Positions 62,674-64,000 of a stretch of 64,000 nucleotides of DNA are shown here, piece after piece; the first letter of the stretch is position 1; each line of letters starts with the position of its first letter. Both the position numbers and the translations under genes were made by a program. Source of the stretch: Clostridia bacterium (GTDB lineage Bacteria > Bacillota > Clostridia > TANB77 > CAG-508); contig JAFXOY010000124.1 of the NCBI GenBank assembly GCA_017528375.1, positions 20,209-84,208 of the forward strand. Reading direction: 5' to 3'. Under the pieces are notes generated by a model. The model had not been told where the DNA came from. It searched no databases and worked only from the letters and a program-made list of their open reading frames with translations.

Positions 62674-62866
62674 TATTTATTACCTCTTTTAAAATTTGTT
62701 TAGCGATTTTAGTAGCCGTATCTGATGATAATTTCCAATTTTGATATTTTCTATGGCAATCATCACATTCATTATCTTGATATTTATCCCAATTTCCATA
62801 TTCACAATTATCACAATAACAATAACATAATTCATTTATTAAAATTTCTTTTATTTTTTCTTCCAT
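62663..62866 (-). CDS. Cys-rich small protein (67 aa)
   Basis: Intact track ORF between the topoisomerase subunit genes. Confidence 0.45.
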   Translation of the reverse strand: MEEKIKEILINELCYCYCDNCEYGNWDKYQDNECDDCHRKYQNWKLSSDTATKIAKQILKEVINNAE

Positions 62867-62887
62867 AATATTATACCTTATTTTTTA

Positions 62888-63145
62888 TTAAAAATCAAAT
62901 CCATATTTTTGATAATAAGGATTATTTGCACGCTCCCTTTTTAGGTAAGCTTCTTGTGCAAGATCAGCTCCGCACATAGGACAAAAATTAATTTTCATAA
63001 CTATTCCACTATAATAATAATCGTCACATTCTACCCATAATCCAAAAGTGCTTTCTCCTGTTTGAGCTATTTCTGGTTCTTGCTCCCAAGAATGATGCTC
63101 TTCTATATATTTAATATCTTTAATGTTGTTACAAAAATCACACAT
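62888..63145 (-). CDS. Cys-rich small protein (85 aa)
   Basis: Intact track ORF with motifs CDFC..CPMCG. Confidence 0.45.
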   Translation of the reverse strand: MCDFCNNIKDIKYIEEHHSWEQEPEIAQTGESTFGLWVECDDYYYSGIVMKINFCPMCGADLAQEAYLKRERANNPYYQKYGFDF

Positions 63146-64000
63146 TATATTCTGCCTCCTCTGAATGTTCCTGAATATACTTCTTTCTCGGAAGTATTGC
63201 GGTTCCCATTAAATCATCAAACAGTTTTCCTGCAGCCATACTATCTTCAATCGTAATCTGTTTAATAATTCTATTCTTAGGATCGATTAATGTTTCTTCT
63301 GTTTCTTCAACAGACATTTCTCCTAAGCCCTTTAAACGATTTACTGTATATTTACCAGTATGAGTTTTACGGAATTTTTCTAATTCCTCATCGTTTTTAA
63401 GGTACTTATAACCCTTGTTTCCAGCCAGTGTGATTTTATAAAGGGGAGGGACTCCCGCATAAACATGTCCTTCATAAATTAACTGTGGACAGAAGTTCCA
63501 AATAAATGTATAAAATAGGTTCTTAATATGCGCGCCATCAACATCAGCATCGCTCATAATAATAATTTTATCATACCGAAGGTCATTAGCATTATATGTG
63601 ACCTTCATTGTTTTAGTATCTATTTTTAAACCAAATGCATCAATCATTGTCATAATTTCAGCATTTTTCTGAATCTTATCAATAGTAGCCTTATGTACAT
63701 TTAAGATTTTACCACGTACTGGAAGCACTGCCTGGAATTCATTATTACGGGCAGACTTAAGATTACCTGATGCAGAATCTCCCTCTGTGATATAAATTTC
63801 ACAACAAGACCTATCTTTGCTATAGCAGTCAGCAAGTTTACTGTCAATCTTCAGAACCTTTTCTTTTTTCTTGCCTTGTTCTCTAGCTTTTTCACGAGCC
63901 TTTTTAGCCGCCTCTCTAGCTTTTTTAGCATTGATTGCCTTATCTGCAATTAATTTAATTTCTTTTTCATTATTATTAAGCCAATAAGCAAGCTGCTCTC
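63138..64000 (-). CDS. gyrB: Type IIA topoisomerase subunit B (GyrB/ParE-like), C-terminal part; 5' end outside window
   Basis: Track ORF 63138-63728 continues in frame to the window edge. Motifs: TOPRIM EIYITEGDSASG, PVRGKILNV, IMSDADVDGAHI, PPLYKI. Confidence 0.8.
   Translation of the reverse strand, partial: EQLAYWLNNNEKEIKLIADKAINAKKAREAAKKAREKAREQGKKKEKVLKIDSKLADCYSKDRSCCEIYITEGDSASGNLKSARNNEFQAVLPVRGKILNVHKATIDKIQKNAEIMTMIDAFGLKIDTKTMKVTYNANDLRYDKIIIMSDADVDGAHIKNLFYTFIWNFCPQLIYEGHVYAGVPPLYKITLAGNKGYKYLKNDEELEKFRKTHTGKYTVNRLKGLGEMSVEETEETLIDPKNRIIKQITIEDSMAAGKLFDDLMGTAILPRKKYIQEHSEEAEYNV

Noticed and set aside
1-64000. TGA or TAA might also be reassigned.
   Set aside because: TAA and TGA consistently sit at the ends of gene models next to the next RBS or a terminator. 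I found none that had to be read through to restore a conserved protein.
1-64000. Suppressor tRNA, other tRNAs, rRNA, CRISPR arrays, or diversity-generating retroelement parts.
   Set aside because: Intergenic spaces are short and AT-rich, and I saw no cloverleaf-like GC-rich segments. The only structured non-coding stretch (32577-32800) fits the intron core. I saw no repeat-spacer arrays and no reverse transcriptase. A tRNA(CUA) is expected elsewhere in the genome.

Overview
The window is an AT-rich (by eye about 30% G+C, not computed) piece of a large tailed dsDNA phage or prophage. It has Firmicutes-style signals: AGGAGG ribosome-binding sites and TTGACA-17-TATAAT promoters. Two modules converge on a GC-rich hairpin at 31730-31793.

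**Plus strand, 1-31.7 kb (virion module):** terminase large subunit (partial), portal, scaffold-like protein, decoration-like protein, major capsid, connector and neck genes, major tail protein, chaperone-position genes, a ~3393-codon tape measure, a ~2262-codon tail/receptor-binding protein with a C-terminal S74 chaperone domain, and small membrane genes.

**Minus strand, 31.8-64 kb (replication and nucleotide metabolism):**
- Replisome genes: GyrB/GyrA-like, LigA, SSB-like, Sak4-like ATPase, DnaD-like, DnaB, DnaG, RecJ-like, Dda/RecD-like helicase, PolIII alpha.
- Nucleotide metabolism: dNMP kinase, NrdD, NrdG and an intron-split dUTPase.
- Other: a GT8 glycosyltransferase, RuvC, and several homing-endonuclease-like genes.

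**Dominant feature:** TAG is a sense codon.
- The plus-strand genes, and some minus-strand genes (nrdD, nrdG, recJ, ruvC, GT8, the endonucleases), form full-length conserved proteins only when TAG is read through.
- Every gene model ends in TAA or TGA.
- I found no suppressor tRNA or release-factor gene in this window.
- The inserted amino acid is unresolved. Published recoded phages use Gln, but composition and paralogue alignments inside this window lean towards Glu.

**Other notable items:**
- a group I intron with an endonuclease ORF in dut;
- a compact formate/nitrite-transporter-like gene inside the nrdD-nrdG operon;
- TAG-free, CAG-biased abundant virion genes;
- terminator-promoter fusions with stop codons inside -35 boxes;
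- over-represented GC-only islands, including four NotI sites.

All TAG-spanning coordinates come from manual reading and should be verified computationally.
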